64,000 nt of DNA, from NCBI GenBank assembly GCA_050331735.1, contig JBHJGN010000020.1, forward strand, positions 32,001 to 96,000, given 5' to 3'. The notes beneath the pieces are model-generated. The model did no database searches. It was not told the DNA's origin and saw only the letters and a program-made list of their open reading frames with translations. Source of the stretch: Cyanophyceae cyanobacterium (lineage in GTDB: Bacteria; Cyanobacteriota; Cyanobacteriia; Cyanobacteriales; JBHJGN01). Positions 1-9,941 of the stretch are shown piece by piece. Position numbers and translations under genes: made by a program. Position 1 is the first letter of the stretch. Each line of letters opens with the position of its first letter.

Positions 1-870
1 CGCTTTTTTGCCGGGGATCTGCGCGGTGGTAATAATAATGTCCACCTCTTGCGCCTGCTGGGCAAACAGCGCCATCTCTGCCTCAATGAACTCTTTGCTC
101 ATTACCTTGGCATAGCCACCTGAACCGGAGCCATCTTCCTCAAATTCTAGTTCTAAAAATTGAGCTCCCAAGCTCTGGACCTGCTCTTTGACCGCTGGAC
201 GGGTATCAAAGGCCCGCACAATGGCTCCTAATCCTCTAGCGGCTCCAACCGCAGCCAGTCCAGCCACTCCGGCTCCAATCACCAGTACTTTCGCAGGCGG
301 CACTTTTCCGGCTGCTGTAATTTGTCCGGTAAAAAAGCGACCAAACTGATTGGCGGCTTCGATGACGGCTCGGTATCCGGCAATGTTTGCCATCGAGCTG
401 AGAGCATCCATTTTTTGAGCGCGGCTGATGCGCGGAACGGCATCGATGGCCAGCACGGTCGCGCGGCGGGCCGCTAGCTTCTCCAGCAGTTCCTGGTTTT
501 GAGCCGGCCAAATAAAGCTGATTAAAGTACCAGATTCAGACAATAATTCAGCTTCATGTCTGCCCACTGGATGCATCTGAGGAGGACGAACCTTCAGAAC
601 GATATCGGCTTCTGCCCACAGAGATTGTGGACCTTCCATAATTTGACATCCTGCTTGTCGGTAAGCTTCGTCAGGAAAATTAGCAGCCACGCCTGCCCCG
701 GCCTCAACTAACACATCAAATCCGAGCTTTTGTAGCTTTTTAGCAGTATCGGGGGTAGCAGCGACTCGCTGTTCCTGGGGATAAACTTCCTTAGGAATGC
801 CGACTTTTTTCGGTTGTTCTGTCGGCTCCACCGCAGTCTTATCTGCTTCAGGGGAAACGGCTATAGTCAT
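1..870 (-). CDS. pntA: NAD(P) transhydrogenase subunit alpha (N-terminal part; runs off window start)
   Basis: Translated by hand from ATG at 870: [11 protein letters not shown]...[18 protein letters not shown]...[25 protein letters not shown]...[26 protein letters not shown]; upstream AGGAG; no stop seen in the part translated. Confidence 0.95.
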   Translation of the reverse strand, partial: MTIAVSPEADKTAVEPTEQPKKVGIPKEVYPQEQRVAATPDTAKKLQKLGFDVLVEAGAGVAANFPDEAYRQAGCQIMEGPQSLWAEADIVLKVRPPQMHPVGRHEAELLSESGTLISFIWPAQNQELLEKLAARRATVLAIDAVPRISRAQKMDALSSMANIAGYRAVIEAANQFGRFFTGQITAAGKVPPAKVLVIGAGVAGLAAVGAARGLGAIVRAFDTRPAVKEQVQSLGAQFLELEFEEDGSGSGGYAKVMSKEFIEAEMALFAQQAQEVDIIITTAQIPGKKA

Positions 871-1232
871 GGACTCTCCTTTAACTGATTTAGAGTGCGA
901 TGTACTGTTTATCTAACTCATCTATGGCGGTTTAGGCGCCAGAAGCAGTGGCTGCCCCTAAAATCTGCAAATGAGTTTTGAAGGAAATTTTTGCACGTTG
1001 ATTTATCCTAATCCGATCCCCGAATTTCACCAAATGAACTTTAACTTGTTTTATGAATTGAGCTTGCTTAAAGCAGAAAAGACATCCTCGTTTGAGGACC
1101 GCTGCCTGTGCAGCCGTTGTTGGGCGAGCAACTTTTCAGGCAGACGGTCGTCATAGTTGAGAGACTCGTCTAAATTCAGGAAATCTAGATAAACTATAAA
1201 TTTCAGTCCTCATTATTTCTACTGCTTAACCC

Positions 1233-1766
1233 ATGTTTTCTACAAAATCTCTCAGACGGATTTTATTAGCCCTTGCAACTTCCGGATGCTTGGTGGCTGG
1301 GGGCCTTGATGTTTTTGCTCAGGGGTTGCCTGGCTTGACCATTTTTAGCGGAGTTGAGCGGGAAAATATTTTGAACTACCGCCTAGATTTCGGCGGTACT
1401 CCCGGCAGTTTTGACCGCTATCGACTGCGTATTCCTGCCAAAAAGATGGTAGAGGGAGCGTCTAAATTCATCATTAGCTATCCTGAGTACTATGATGGCA
1501 AGTTCGACGTAGACAATATCGAAGTCCGCATCGACGGTGATGCTCTGCCTTTACAAGAGGTCGTTTGGGATCAAGAAAGTCAGCTTGTCGAAATTGACCT
1601 AGAAGAACCGATTACTGAATCTAGAAAGGTTGAACTTGTGTTCTCAAACGTTAAAAATCCTCGCCATGGTGGCACTTACTACTTCAACGCCGAAGTGCTA
1701 GCTGCAACTGACGTTCCGATTCGGCTTTATTTGGGAACTTGGATTGTCAGCATCGGTAGAGGCTAA
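1233..1766 (+). CDS. Secreted DUF2808-like cyanobacterial protein
   Basis: Signal-peptide-like N-terminus; NVKNP-x-GGTYYFNA and YLGTW motifs; usual position upstream of rpmH in cyanobacteria. Confidence 0.75.
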   Translation: MFSTKSLRRILLALATSGCLVAGGLDVFAQGLPGLTIFSGVERENILNYRLDFGGTPGSFDRYRLRIPAKKMVEGASKFIISYPEYYDGKFDVDNIEVRIDGDALPLQEVVWDQESQLVEIDLEEPITESRKVELVFSNVKNPRHGGTYYFNAEVLAATDVPIRLYLGTWIVSIGRG

Positions 1767-1880
1767 GATACTCGTTTTTGGGCCACCGCCAAGCAAAGAT
1801 TATCCTTGATAAAAAATAACAAAAGATCTACAATAGTAAACTTGATTCTATCAACTACAGCATTGGGGAGGATTTGATCG

Positions 1881-2018
1881 GTGACTCAGCGTACTCTTGG
1901 AGGAACCAACCGCAAGCAAAAAAGAACATCGGGATTCCGCGCTCGCATGCGAACCAAAAATGGTCGTCGGGTCATCAACGCTCGGAGGAAAAAGGGACGT
2001 CAGCGACTTAGTGTCTAG
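1881..2018 (+). CDS. rpmH: 50S ribosomal protein L34 (below ORF-track cutoff)
   Basis: GTG start, [50 protein letters not shown] upstream; precedes rnpA. Confidence 0.97.
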   Translation: MTQRTLGGTNRKQKRTSGFRARMRTKNGRRVINARRKKGRQRLSV

Positions 2019-2098
2019 AGGAAGTCAGGAGCCCGGTAGTCTGCCATTCCCTCAATTGAGGAAATAACTCCTAAAAGCATTCAGACAGCTTAAGTAGT

Positions 2099-2452
2099 GT
2101 GGGATTGCCTCCATCAAATCGACTCAGAAAGCGGCAAGATTTTAGAAGGGTGTACCAGCACGGAATTTGTTTGCATAGTTCCCACTTAATTCTGCGGGCG
2201 CTAGCGTCCTCCCAACTCTCATCTCCTCTCATCGGTATCTCGATTAGTCAAAAGGTGAGCAAAAAAGCCGTTATTCGTAATCGCCTCAAGCGACAGATTC
2301 GAGGTGTATTTAGAGACCTGCTTCCGCTGCTGTCCCCTGACTGGAAAATTGTTGTTGTTGTGAAACCCAAGGCGATAGAGTGCAGATACGAGGATTTTTT
2401 GAGAGAATTAAAACAGTTGTTGGTTAAAGCCAAAATTATTAATGGGTATTAA
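2099..2452 (+). CDS. rnpA: Ribonuclease P protein component
   Basis: RLRKRQDF and SKKAVIRNRLKRQIR (RNR motif); synteny. Confidence 0.95.
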   Translation: MGLPPSNRLRKRQDFRRVYQHGICLHSSHLILRALASSQLSSPLIGISISQKVSKKAVIRNRLKRQIRGVFRDLLPLLSPDWKIVVVVKPKAIECRYEDFLRELKQLLVKAKIINGY

Positions 2453-2834
2453 AGAAGACACTTTTTATGAGGGCGGTCCTCACATTGGCGATCTCATCGT
2501 CAACTTATTGCTGGGATTGACAGTGATCTGTTTGCCGCTCACGGTAGGAGCAATTGTCAGAGCTATTTGGTTACGCTACCGCATCACCAATCGTCGCGTT
2601 TCGATCACCGGAGGATGGAGAGGGCAACAGCGGACCGATATTATCTATTCAGAAATCGTCAAAATGGCAAAAGTTCCTAGAGGAATCGGATTGTGGGGCG
2701 ACGTTGTTTTAACCCTCAGAGATAAAAGTCGCTTAGAGATGCGAGCTTTACCGGATTTTCGGGAAATCTACGATTACATGGCTCACAGAGCCGCCGAAAA
2801 AACAGGCAAGTCAGTCGATGCGATCGCCGGATAG
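2442..2834 (+). CDS. Membrane-anchored bacterial PH-domain protein
   Basis: TM segment then WLRYRITNRRV...GLWGD; conserved between rnpA and yidC in cyanobacteria. Confidence 0.8.
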   Translation: MGIKEDTFYEGGPHIGDLIVNLLLGLTVICLPLTVGAIVRAIWLRYRITNRRVSITGGWRGQQRTDIIYSEIVKMAKVPRGIGLWGDVVLTLRDKSRLEMRALPDFREIYDYMAHRAAEKTGKSVDAIAG

Positions 2835-2997
2835 GGTCAATTTTGGCAATCGCTAGCCAATCCGTGGTAGCCTACCAACGGGTTCTTTCTTTAGAATAGA
2901 GGTGAGCTTATGAAAACCATCGGCGCTCGCCTCTTGGCAGTCTATGAAATAGATTACATTAAAAATATATACCGCGTCGAGGCTTGACGACAGACGA

Positions 2998-4137
2998 ATG
3001 GATTTTGGTATTGGATTTATTTCCACGAATATCATGCTGCCAATCCTGGATTTTTTCTACGGGATTGTGCCCAGCTATGGATTTGCGATTATTGCTCTTA
3101 CTTTGGTAATTCGCTTAGCTCTGTTTCCACTCAGTGCCGGACAAATCCGCAACATGCGCAAGATGAGGATTACGCAGCCGCTGATGAAGCAGCGTCAAGA
3201 GGAAATTCAAAAGCGCTACAAAGACGATCCGCAAAAGCAGCAGGAAGAAATGGCGAAGCTGATGCAGGAGTTTGGCAACCCCCTGGCGGGTTGTTTGCCG
3301 TTACTGCTGCAAATGCCCATTTTGTTTGCTCTGTTTGCGACTCTCCGGGGGTCGCCGTTTTCTGACATTAACTACACCGTCAATGTAGAAAATTTTCCCA
3401 AAGAGCAAATCGAGCGGATTCAACCCCAGATCTATACCACCAAACCTCAAAACCTTTACGTCGATGAAGGCGTTCACTACCCGATTGAGGCTGTTCTGCC
3501 AGCAGGCAACAAGCTAGCCGTGGGGGAAACCACCAAGATTGAGATCCAAACTGTGGATGGCAAGCCCATTGACCAGCTAGCGAAACTGCCAGAGCGGATT
3601 CAGCCATCGTGGGAAGTCACGAAAGGAGCCGAGCGCCTACAGGTCAACGACAAAAGCGTGATCGAGGCTTTAGCGCCGGGAGAAGCGACTCTTCAAGGAA
3701 CGGTTCCAGGAATTGCGGCGGATGAAGGGTTCTTGTTTATCCAAGCCTTAGGGCGCGTCGGAGTCACAGGGGAAGACGGCACGATTCACTGGGACATCCT
3801 TGGCATGGTGCTGTTCTTCGGCTTAAGTATTTACCTCAACCAGGAACTGTCCGGACAGCAAGCCGGAGGAGCCAGTGGCGGTCAGCAGCAAACAGTGAAT
3901 AAAATTACTCCTCTGCTGTTCAGCGCCATGTTTCTCTTTTTCCCACTGCCGGCAGGAGTACTGATGTACATCGTTCTCGCCAATGTTTTTCAAACCGTTC
4001 AAACGTTGATTCTGATGCGCGAACCGCTTCCCGAAAATCTGCAAAAGCTAGTAGAGCAGCAGGAAAAGGCCGAAAAAGAACGAAAAGCCCTGCCGTTTGA
4101 AAAGCGCTCTAAGAAGAAAGAAAAAACGTCAGGATAA
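2998..4137 (+). CDS. yidC: Membrane protein insertase YidC
   Basis: [40 protein letters not shown]. Confidence 0.95.
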   Translation: MDFGIGFISTNIMLPILDFFYGIVPSYGFAIIALTLVIRLALFPLSAGQIRNMRKMRITQPLMKQRQEEIQKRYKDDPQKQQEEMAKLMQEFGNPLAGCLPLLLQMPILFALFATLRGSPFSDINYTVNVENFPKEQIERIQPQIYTTKPQNLYVDEGVHYPIEAVLPAGNKLAVGETTKIEIQTVDGKPIDQLAKLPERIQPSWEVTKGAERLQVNDKSVIEALAPGEATLQGTVPGIAADEGFLFIQALGRVGVTGEDGTIHWDILGMVLFFGLSIYLNQELSGQQAGGASGGQQQTVNKITPLLFSAMFLFFPLPAGVLMYIVLANVFQTVQTLILMREPLPENLQKLVEQQEKAEKERKALPFEKRSKKKEKTSG

Positions 4138-4142
4138 TAGAG

Positions 4143-4619
4143 ATGGAAGACCAGCATACTGGAAGGCTTTGGCTCGAACACCTGTTAAAGTTTATGGGAA
4201 CTCCAGCAGGAGTCAAGGTTGAGCGGCAACTAAACCAAGAGGACTGGTTAGTGATTGACGAAGCTGACCTCACGCCGGAACAGACTACAGCCTTAATCGG
4301 GGAGAAAGGCGAAACGATTGATGCTATTCAGTATCTAGCTAGCACGATCTTGAACTTGAGTAAAGATTCTCAGTCTCAACAGACCTATACCATTGAGTTA
4401 GGAGAGTATCGCATCCGGCGACAGGAGGAACTCATGACTCTGGCTCAAGAGGTGGCTCAGCAGGTCCGCGAAACCGGTCAAGAAACCGAACTGCGCTCTC
4501 TTTCTTCAGCAGAACGGCGACAGATTCATACTTACCTGAAAGAAGCAGAAGGGATTAAAACCGAAAGTCGCGGTCAAGAACCCGATCGACGACTCGTTGT
4601 TATGCTTAGCGAAGAGTAA
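4143..4619 (+). CDS. jag: Jag/KhpB KH-R3H RNA-binding protein
   Basis: LIGEKGETIDAIQYL (KH), ERRQIH...SRGQEPDR (R3H); follows yidC. Confidence 0.88.
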   Translation: MEDQHTGRLWLEHLLKFMGTPAGVKVERQLNQEDWLVIDEADLTPEQTTALIGEKGETIDAIQYLASTILNLSKDSQSQQTYTIELGEYRIRRQEELMTLAQEVAQQVRETGQETELRSLSSAERRQIHTYLKEAEGIKTESRGQEPDRRLVVMLSEE

Positions 4620-4640
4620 ACTCACTGTGCAGGAGGATAC

Positions 4641-5138
4641 GTGGAAGCTATATATATTCCTCGGCTGCTCAAAGCCCCCGAAAAAACCGAAGAGATTCCG
4701 GTCCAGGAATTCATTGCTGGATTAGAAACTCTGACTCCCATTCGTGGAAAAATGATCGTTAACCACGGAGGTAGCTACTTAGAGGTGGCGGCTAGCGCCG
4801 AAACGATTGTCACCCTAATGTGCGATCGCTGTTTGCAGCAGTACAATCATCGGCTTAGCCTTGATACCTCAGAGCTCATTTGGCTAGACAAAACCTCAGA
4901 GCTAACCAATAGCGTACCGAGCGTTCAAGAATCTCTGGAAGATTTATCAGAATCTCTCCCTCCTCACGGTTACTTTCAGCCCGAGCCATGGCTTTATGAA
5001 CAGCTTTCCTTAGCCATGCCCTTACGGCGATTGTGCAACAAGAACTGCCAACCGCCTGCTTCTGCCTCAGAGCAAAAACCCTCAGTCGATAGCCGCTGGG
5101 CAACCCTGGCTGTCCTCAAAAATCAACTTCCTCAGTAG
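4641..5138 (+). CDS. yceD: YceD/DUF177 family protein
   Basis: CDRCL, LSLAMP-x-x-LC-x-x-x-C, DSRWATL. Confidence 0.88.
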   Translation: MEAIYIPRLLKAPEKTEEIPVQEFIAGLETLTPIRGKMIVNHGGSYLEVAASAETIVTLMCDRCLQQYNHRLSLDTSELIWLDKTSELTNSVPSVQESLEDLSESLPPHGYFQPEPWLYEQLSLAMPLRRLCNKNCQPPASASEQKPSVDSRWATLAVLKNQLPQ

Positions 5139-5178
5139 CCAACTGGTTGATGAGCGACTCGCTAGGTGGGAATTAAAC

Positions 5179-6687
5179 ATGAGCTTTAGTGAAGAATTTA
5201 CGTTACTGCTGAGAGCTTGCTACCCTCTGCTGTATATTCCGACGCCGGAAGAGGAAAGAGTCGAAGCCGCCATCTCCACCTGCGCCAAGCAGATTGGCCG
5301 TGCTACCTACATCTGGGATTTTGTGGATGGCTACCAAGATAACCCCAATAACTCTGGTTTTGGACGGCGCAACCCACTCCAGGCTCTAGAATTGGTCGAG
5401 AAGCTCGCTTCTAATGCCAGCGGAGTATTTATTCTAAGGGATTTTCACCGTTTTTTAGAGGATATTTCCATTGCCCGTAAGCTGCGCAACCTGTCGAGAA
5501 CTTTAAAGTCGCAGCCGAAAAACATTGTGCTTGTCTCTGCCGAACTCGCCATTCCGAGCGAGCTAGCGGAAGTGCTAACGGTGGTTGATTTTCCGCTCCC
5601 GACTGCGGCAGAAATTAAATCTGAAACTCAGCGTCTCCTCGCTTCAACCGGTCAGTCGCTGTCTAAGCAACTCCTCGATGAATTGGTGCGTTCTGCTCGC
5701 GGTCTTTCTTTGGAGCGTATTCGTCGGGTGCTAACTCTGTGTCTTGCCAGCCACGGCAGCATTGAGTCAGAAGACGTCGAGCTAATTCTAGAAGAAAAGC
5801 GGCAGTCGATTCGTCAGACGCAAATCTTGGATTTCTATCCAGCTACCGAGCAAATTTCTGATATTGGTGGCTTGGATAACCTCAAAGACTGGCTGCTGAA
5901 ACGTGGGGGAGCCTTTAGCGAACGAGCGAGAGCCTATGGTCTGCCTCATCCGCGCGGTCTTCTGCTGGTGGGTATTCAAGGAACAGGAAAATCGTTAACG
6001 GCAAAAGCGATCGCCCATCACTGGCATCTTCCCCTCCTGCGTTTGGACGTGGGTCGTTTGTTTGGAGGCTTAGTGGGGGAATCAGAATCCCGTACCCGAC
6101 AGATGATCGGCTTAGCCGAGGCCCTTGCTCCCTGCGTTCTCTGGATCGACGAAATCGATAAAGCGTTTTCTGGAGCAGAAGGAAGAGGAGACAGCGGCAC
6201 AACGAGTCGTGTTTTCGGCACGTTTATTACCTGGCTAGCCGAAAAAAAATCCTCGGTTTTCGTTGTGGCAACCGCCAACAATATTCAGGCATTGCCTCCA
6301 GAAATGCTGCGGAAAGGGCGCTTTGACGAGATCTTTTTTGTCGGTTTACCGACGCAAGCAGAACGAGCCGACATTTTTACGGTCCACCTGTCGAGATTAC
6401 GCCCTACCACTCTCAAAAACTACGACATCGATCGTTTAGCCTATGAAACACCGGATTTTTCTGGTGCGGAAATTGAGCAAACACTCGTTGAAGCCATGCA
6501 CATTGGGTTTAGCCAAGATCGAGATTTTACGACCGAAGACGTTTTAGAAGCGGCGAGCCAAATTGTGCCTCTAGCGCGCACCGCTCAAGAACAGATTCAG
6601 TTTCTTCAAAGTTGGGCGGCGGCAGGAAAAGCACGACTGGCATCGAGAAATCAGTTAAGTAGCCGCATGCAGCGGCAGATACAGTAG
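5179..6687 (+). CDS. ycf46: Ycf46-family AAA+ ATPase
   Basis: GIQGTGKS Walker A, LWIDEIDK Walker [11 protein letters not shown]; Ycf46-type N-terminus. Confidence 0.85.
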   Translation: MSFSEEFTLLLRACYPLLYIPTPEEERVEAAISTCAKQIGRATYIWDFVDGYQDNPNNSGFGRRNPLQALELVEKLASNASGVFILRDFHRFLEDISIARKLRNLSRTLKSQPKNIVLVSAELAIPSELAEVLTVVDFPLPTAAEIKSETQRLLASTGQSLSKQLLDELVRSARGLSLERIRRVLTLCLASHGSIESEDVELILEEKRQSIRQTQILDFYPATEQISDIGGLDNLKDWLLKRGGAFSERARAYGLPHPRGLLLVGIQGTGKSLTAKAIAHHWHLPLLRLDVGRLFGGLVGESESRTRQMIGLAEALAPCVLWIDEIDKAFSGAEGRGDSGTTSRVFGTFITWLAEKKSSVFVVATANNIQALPPEMLRKGRFDEIFFVGLPTQAERADIFTVHLSRLRPTTLKNYDIDRLAYETPDFSGAEIEQTLVEAMHIGFSQDRDFTTEDVLEAASQIVPLARTAQEQIQFLQSWAAAGKARLASRNQLSSRMQRQIQ

Positions 6688-6700
6688 CTTTATTCTCTAT

Positions 6701-7183
6701 ATGTCACTGGTCATGAGAGCAAGCTTAATTCAATTTCTGCTGGGTTTTGTGTTTGGAGTCGTTCTGTTAGCGGGCGGAGCCGCAGGCACTGTGTATTTGT
6801 TTGTCAACCGCTTAGCAGAGGCTCCTCCCAAACCAGTTTTTCCAGAAGAGACAGCGGCTGAAGAGAATGAGCCTCCACCAGAGACAGCGGTGGCGTCAAC
6901 CAGTATCGAGCCAGAGGCGCTCGGCGAATCAGCACCGCCTGAACCGACTGAAGAGGAATTGCCATCTGGAGCCTACAGAGCACGAGTAACCTGGGGCCAG
7001 GGACTGAGCCTGCGCGCGGAACCGAATCCAGAGGCTGAACGAGTGGGCGGCATTGGCTACAACAGCGAAATTACCATTCTGAACAACAGCGAAGACCAAA
7101 ACTGGCAGTACGTCCGCATTCCCAGTAGCGGGCAAGAAGGCTGGATTAAAGCAGGTAATGTCGAAAGAATAGACGCGCAGTAG
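6701..7183 (+). CDS. Membrane-anchored bacterial SH3 domain protein
   Basis: N-terminal TM, acidic/Pro linker, GLSLRAEP...GWIKAGN. Confidence 0.8.
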   Translation: MSLVMRASLIQFLLGFVFGVVLLAGGAAGTVYLFVNRLAEAPPKPVFPEETAAEENEPPPETAVASTSIEPEALGESAPPEPTEEELPSGAYRARVTWGQGLSLRAEPNPEAERVGGIGYNSEITILNNSEDQNWQYVRIPSSGQEGWIKAGNVERIDAQ

Positions 7184-7567
7184 CCTGAGCGAACTGGCAA
7201 AAGATTCATTTTTTTACTCGCTGACGCTGGGTCAAACAGCTCTCGACAATCACCCTTTAAAACCAGCGCCCGCTGTTTGAGGGAGTCACGAGAACGCTTC
7301 CGTGGAATTCAAAATTCGAGGCAAAAGTAAAGGAGGTTGACAAATCATTAGCGATTTGTCCAAGAACCGCTTATAGTGTAATCAACTTTGACCGCTTAAG
7401 CGATCGCGGTAGTCAACAGATAAAAACAGAGAATCAGCTCGAAAGCTATTCCGGCAAAAAGGCTTACTTTTGACTCTCGACTACTGCCATAGAGAATGCT
7501 TAAAACGACTCTCAATGACCTATGTACTTGAGACGATTTCACGCATAAGTTTGCTTGGAGCAGAAAG

Positions 7568-8794
7568 ATGGTCTCACGACTACTCAACTTAGCAGTCCTC
7601 GCGACAGTCGCGATAGCTAAAATCGCTGCCTGTCGCTCAGCACAGGCAGTCACTTTTGACGAACAAGAGGTCGATCAGAATCAGTTTATTGCTGTCGCTA
7701 CTCCAGTCGGCGACAATCAGTACGACCTCCTCGTTATCGAGCAGATTCCTGGTCAACAGCAGTGCTGGAGCGAGAGTGGAACTAAACCAGTGTTAGTGGA
7801 GCCGCTGCTACTTAACTTTGATTTCAGCGAAAGCTGTCGGCGCAGTACCGACAGTAATGGTTACTCGCTTCGCCTTGATGGGAAGGATTACGGCTTAGAG
7901 TATCTGCTGAGAGTGACAGAGCGCGATGGCGAGCTTTATCTAGTCGGCACTCCTCTGACTAATCGCCGACAGCCCGAAATTGTCGTCGGCAGAACCTACG
8001 GGATCAGTGATGGCCTGACTAAAATTTATCTTAACTCTGGCTGGAAATTCACTAGACGAGTTTATCAGGGGCAAGCACTCGGTCACGTTTATTTCACAAG
8101 CGATCGCGCTACAATTGCGGACGCTTCAATGACTAAGCCGGATCGAAGTGCCTCCGATAGCAGAGAACTGGAGTTTACCGCCTCCTCCCAGCGCCCAGTG
8201 GCGGCTCAGCCGCCACCGAGTCCGGCTAATGGAGAGGGGATTCCCATTACGGTTCCTCCTCCAGAAGCTCAACTCCCCTCAGCAACCGCTCCTTCATCGC
8301 GGCCTCTTTCGGGCAGTCCGTTGCCCCCACCGCCTGACCCACAGCCGTTATCTACTGCCTCTGATGCGGACTCACCTCTAGAGCCACCAGAAGTGGAACG
8401 CGTCGTCGTTCCCGTTCCCGCCTCTGCACCGTCGCCTGCTCCGGCAAACAGCGTTTCTAGTCCGTCCAGAAGAAGTTTATCAGATATCCTTCGGGTGGCT
8501 CCTCGCGCTGATGACGGCTCTGGTGAACTAAGGGTGAGTAAGCTACCTGTCCCCCACCCTCCCCCCAATTCTTCTCAGTCTAACCCTGCCTCGTCAGGAA
8601 CCTTTAAAGTGTTAGTCTCCGCCTCAAGTTCTCAGGCTCCCAAAGTGCGATCGCTTTATCCGGATGCTTTTTCGACGACTCACAACGGTCAAGCAATGAT
8701 ACAGGTTGGTGTTTTTAGCAGCCGAGACCGTGTGAATGTGGTGCTGCAATCTTTAGATGAGCTGGGGCTAACGGGCCTGGTTCTTGCTCAATGA
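7568..8794 (+). CDS. Secreted DUF3747-like protein with Pro/Ser linker and SPOR-like C-terminus
   Basis: LVIEQIP...CWSE...VEPLLLNFDF...CRRSTDSNGYS; C-terminal IQVGVFSSRDR. Confidence 0.75.
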   Translation: MVSRLLNLAVLATVAIAKIAACRSAQAVTFDEQEVDQNQFIAVATPVGDNQYDLLVIEQIPGQQQCWSESGTKPVLVEPLLLNFDFSESCRRSTDSNGYSLRLDGKDYGLEYLLRVTERDGELYLVGTPLTNRRQPEIVVGRTYGISDGLTKIYLNSGWKFTRRVYQGQALGHVYFTSDRATIADASMTKPDRSASDSRELEFTASSQRPVAAQPPPSPANGEGIPITVPPPEAQLPSATAPSSRPLSGSPLPPPPDPQPLSTASDADSPLEPPEVERVVVPVPASAPSPAPANSVSSPSRRSLSDILRVAPRADDGSGELRVSKLPVPHPPPNSSQSNPASSGTFKVLVSASSSQAPKVRSLYPDAFSTTHNGQAMIQVGVFSSRDRVNVVLQSLDELGLTGLVLAQ

Positions 8795-8951
8795 GCTGGA
8801 TTTTCGTCCCTATCCGTGTTTTGGGATCCGGTGATGTCGAGCCTTCGAAAATGCACTGATGCTTCGCCAAACAATGAAAAATAGACAGGAAAGCTAGTTT
8901 TTCACAAAGAGGCCCTGTGTTCTTCACTAACACAACTCTTCCCCGCATCTT

Positions 8952-9422
8952 TTAGGAATACGAGATTTTGATCAAGCTCAGTTGGAGAAAGCTTAATTAG
9001 ACCGGGCCAATCTCAGCCAGTCGATGCTCCTGAAAGCAAATCTAAACAGAGCCAATCTGAGACACGCTAATCTGGCGGAAGTTAATCTTTATCAGGCGAA
9101 TCTCATGAAAGCGAATCTGCAACAAGCAATCCTCAACGGCACCATTCTTAACTAAGCCAATCTGCATCGGGCAAATCTGTATCGAGGGAGCTTAATTAGA
9201 GCGGATTTATGTGACGCTAACCTTAAAGGTGCGATTCTGAACCATGCTCATCTCGGAAAAGCCAATCTTCGCAGAGCGAATCTTAACCAAGCTTGCCTAA
9301 GCTGGGCTAATCTTAGAGACGCTGATTTGAGCGGCGCTTAGCTAGAAAAGGCTAATTTGAGCGGCGCTAAGTTTTGTCGAACCATCATGCCGGACGGTAG
9401 CGTTAGAAACGATCACTGTTAA
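8952..9422 (+). pseudogene. Pentapeptide-repeat protein pseudogene
   Basis: One frame reads LGIRDFDQAQLEKA*LDRANLSQ...ILN*ANLHRANL...ADLSGA*LEKANLSGAKFCRTIMPDGSVRNDHC*; stops at 8994, 9153, 9339; no in-frame start upstream. Confidence 0.9.
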
Positions 9423-9941
9423 GCGGACCGGAGGAGCTTTGTGTGCTGAGGTCGAGACCTGGGGTTGAGTAGAAAATCAGGAAGAAGCATAGGAATGACC
9501 GCGGTAGATAGCATACATTGTTTTCCTCGTAGTCACTCGTTGAAGTGAGCCATGTTCTTGTCAGAAGTGAGCGATTGGAGTTATATTCAAGTTAAGATTA
9601 GCAAAAGTAGGTTTTGCTAAACTGCGGACTTATTTGATTTATCGGTGCTGTTTTGTGTTCAAATCAGCCGGTGGAGAGCGCTGGTGTCAGGGCCCCGCCA
9701 AGGATTATAGAGCGAGCTTTTAACCCGTTTGTTTTAGTTAAAGCACACTATTTTTCACAAGAAATCCGCAGATGCCTTCGTTCTAGCAAGCGGTTAGGGA
9801 AATTCCAATAGAGGACGATAGAACTCTATTAATCTTCATCTCTACATCAAGCTAGTGAACTCAGTGATCAATTTTATCTTTTGCAAAGTTGAGCAGAACG
9901 CTTAGAGGACTCAACGTGCTACCAAGTTTTGAGGAGATTGA

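Noticed and set aside
9504..9516. NtcA site GTAGATAGCATAC
   Set aside because: Spacer is 7 nt rather than the canonical GTA-N8-TAC
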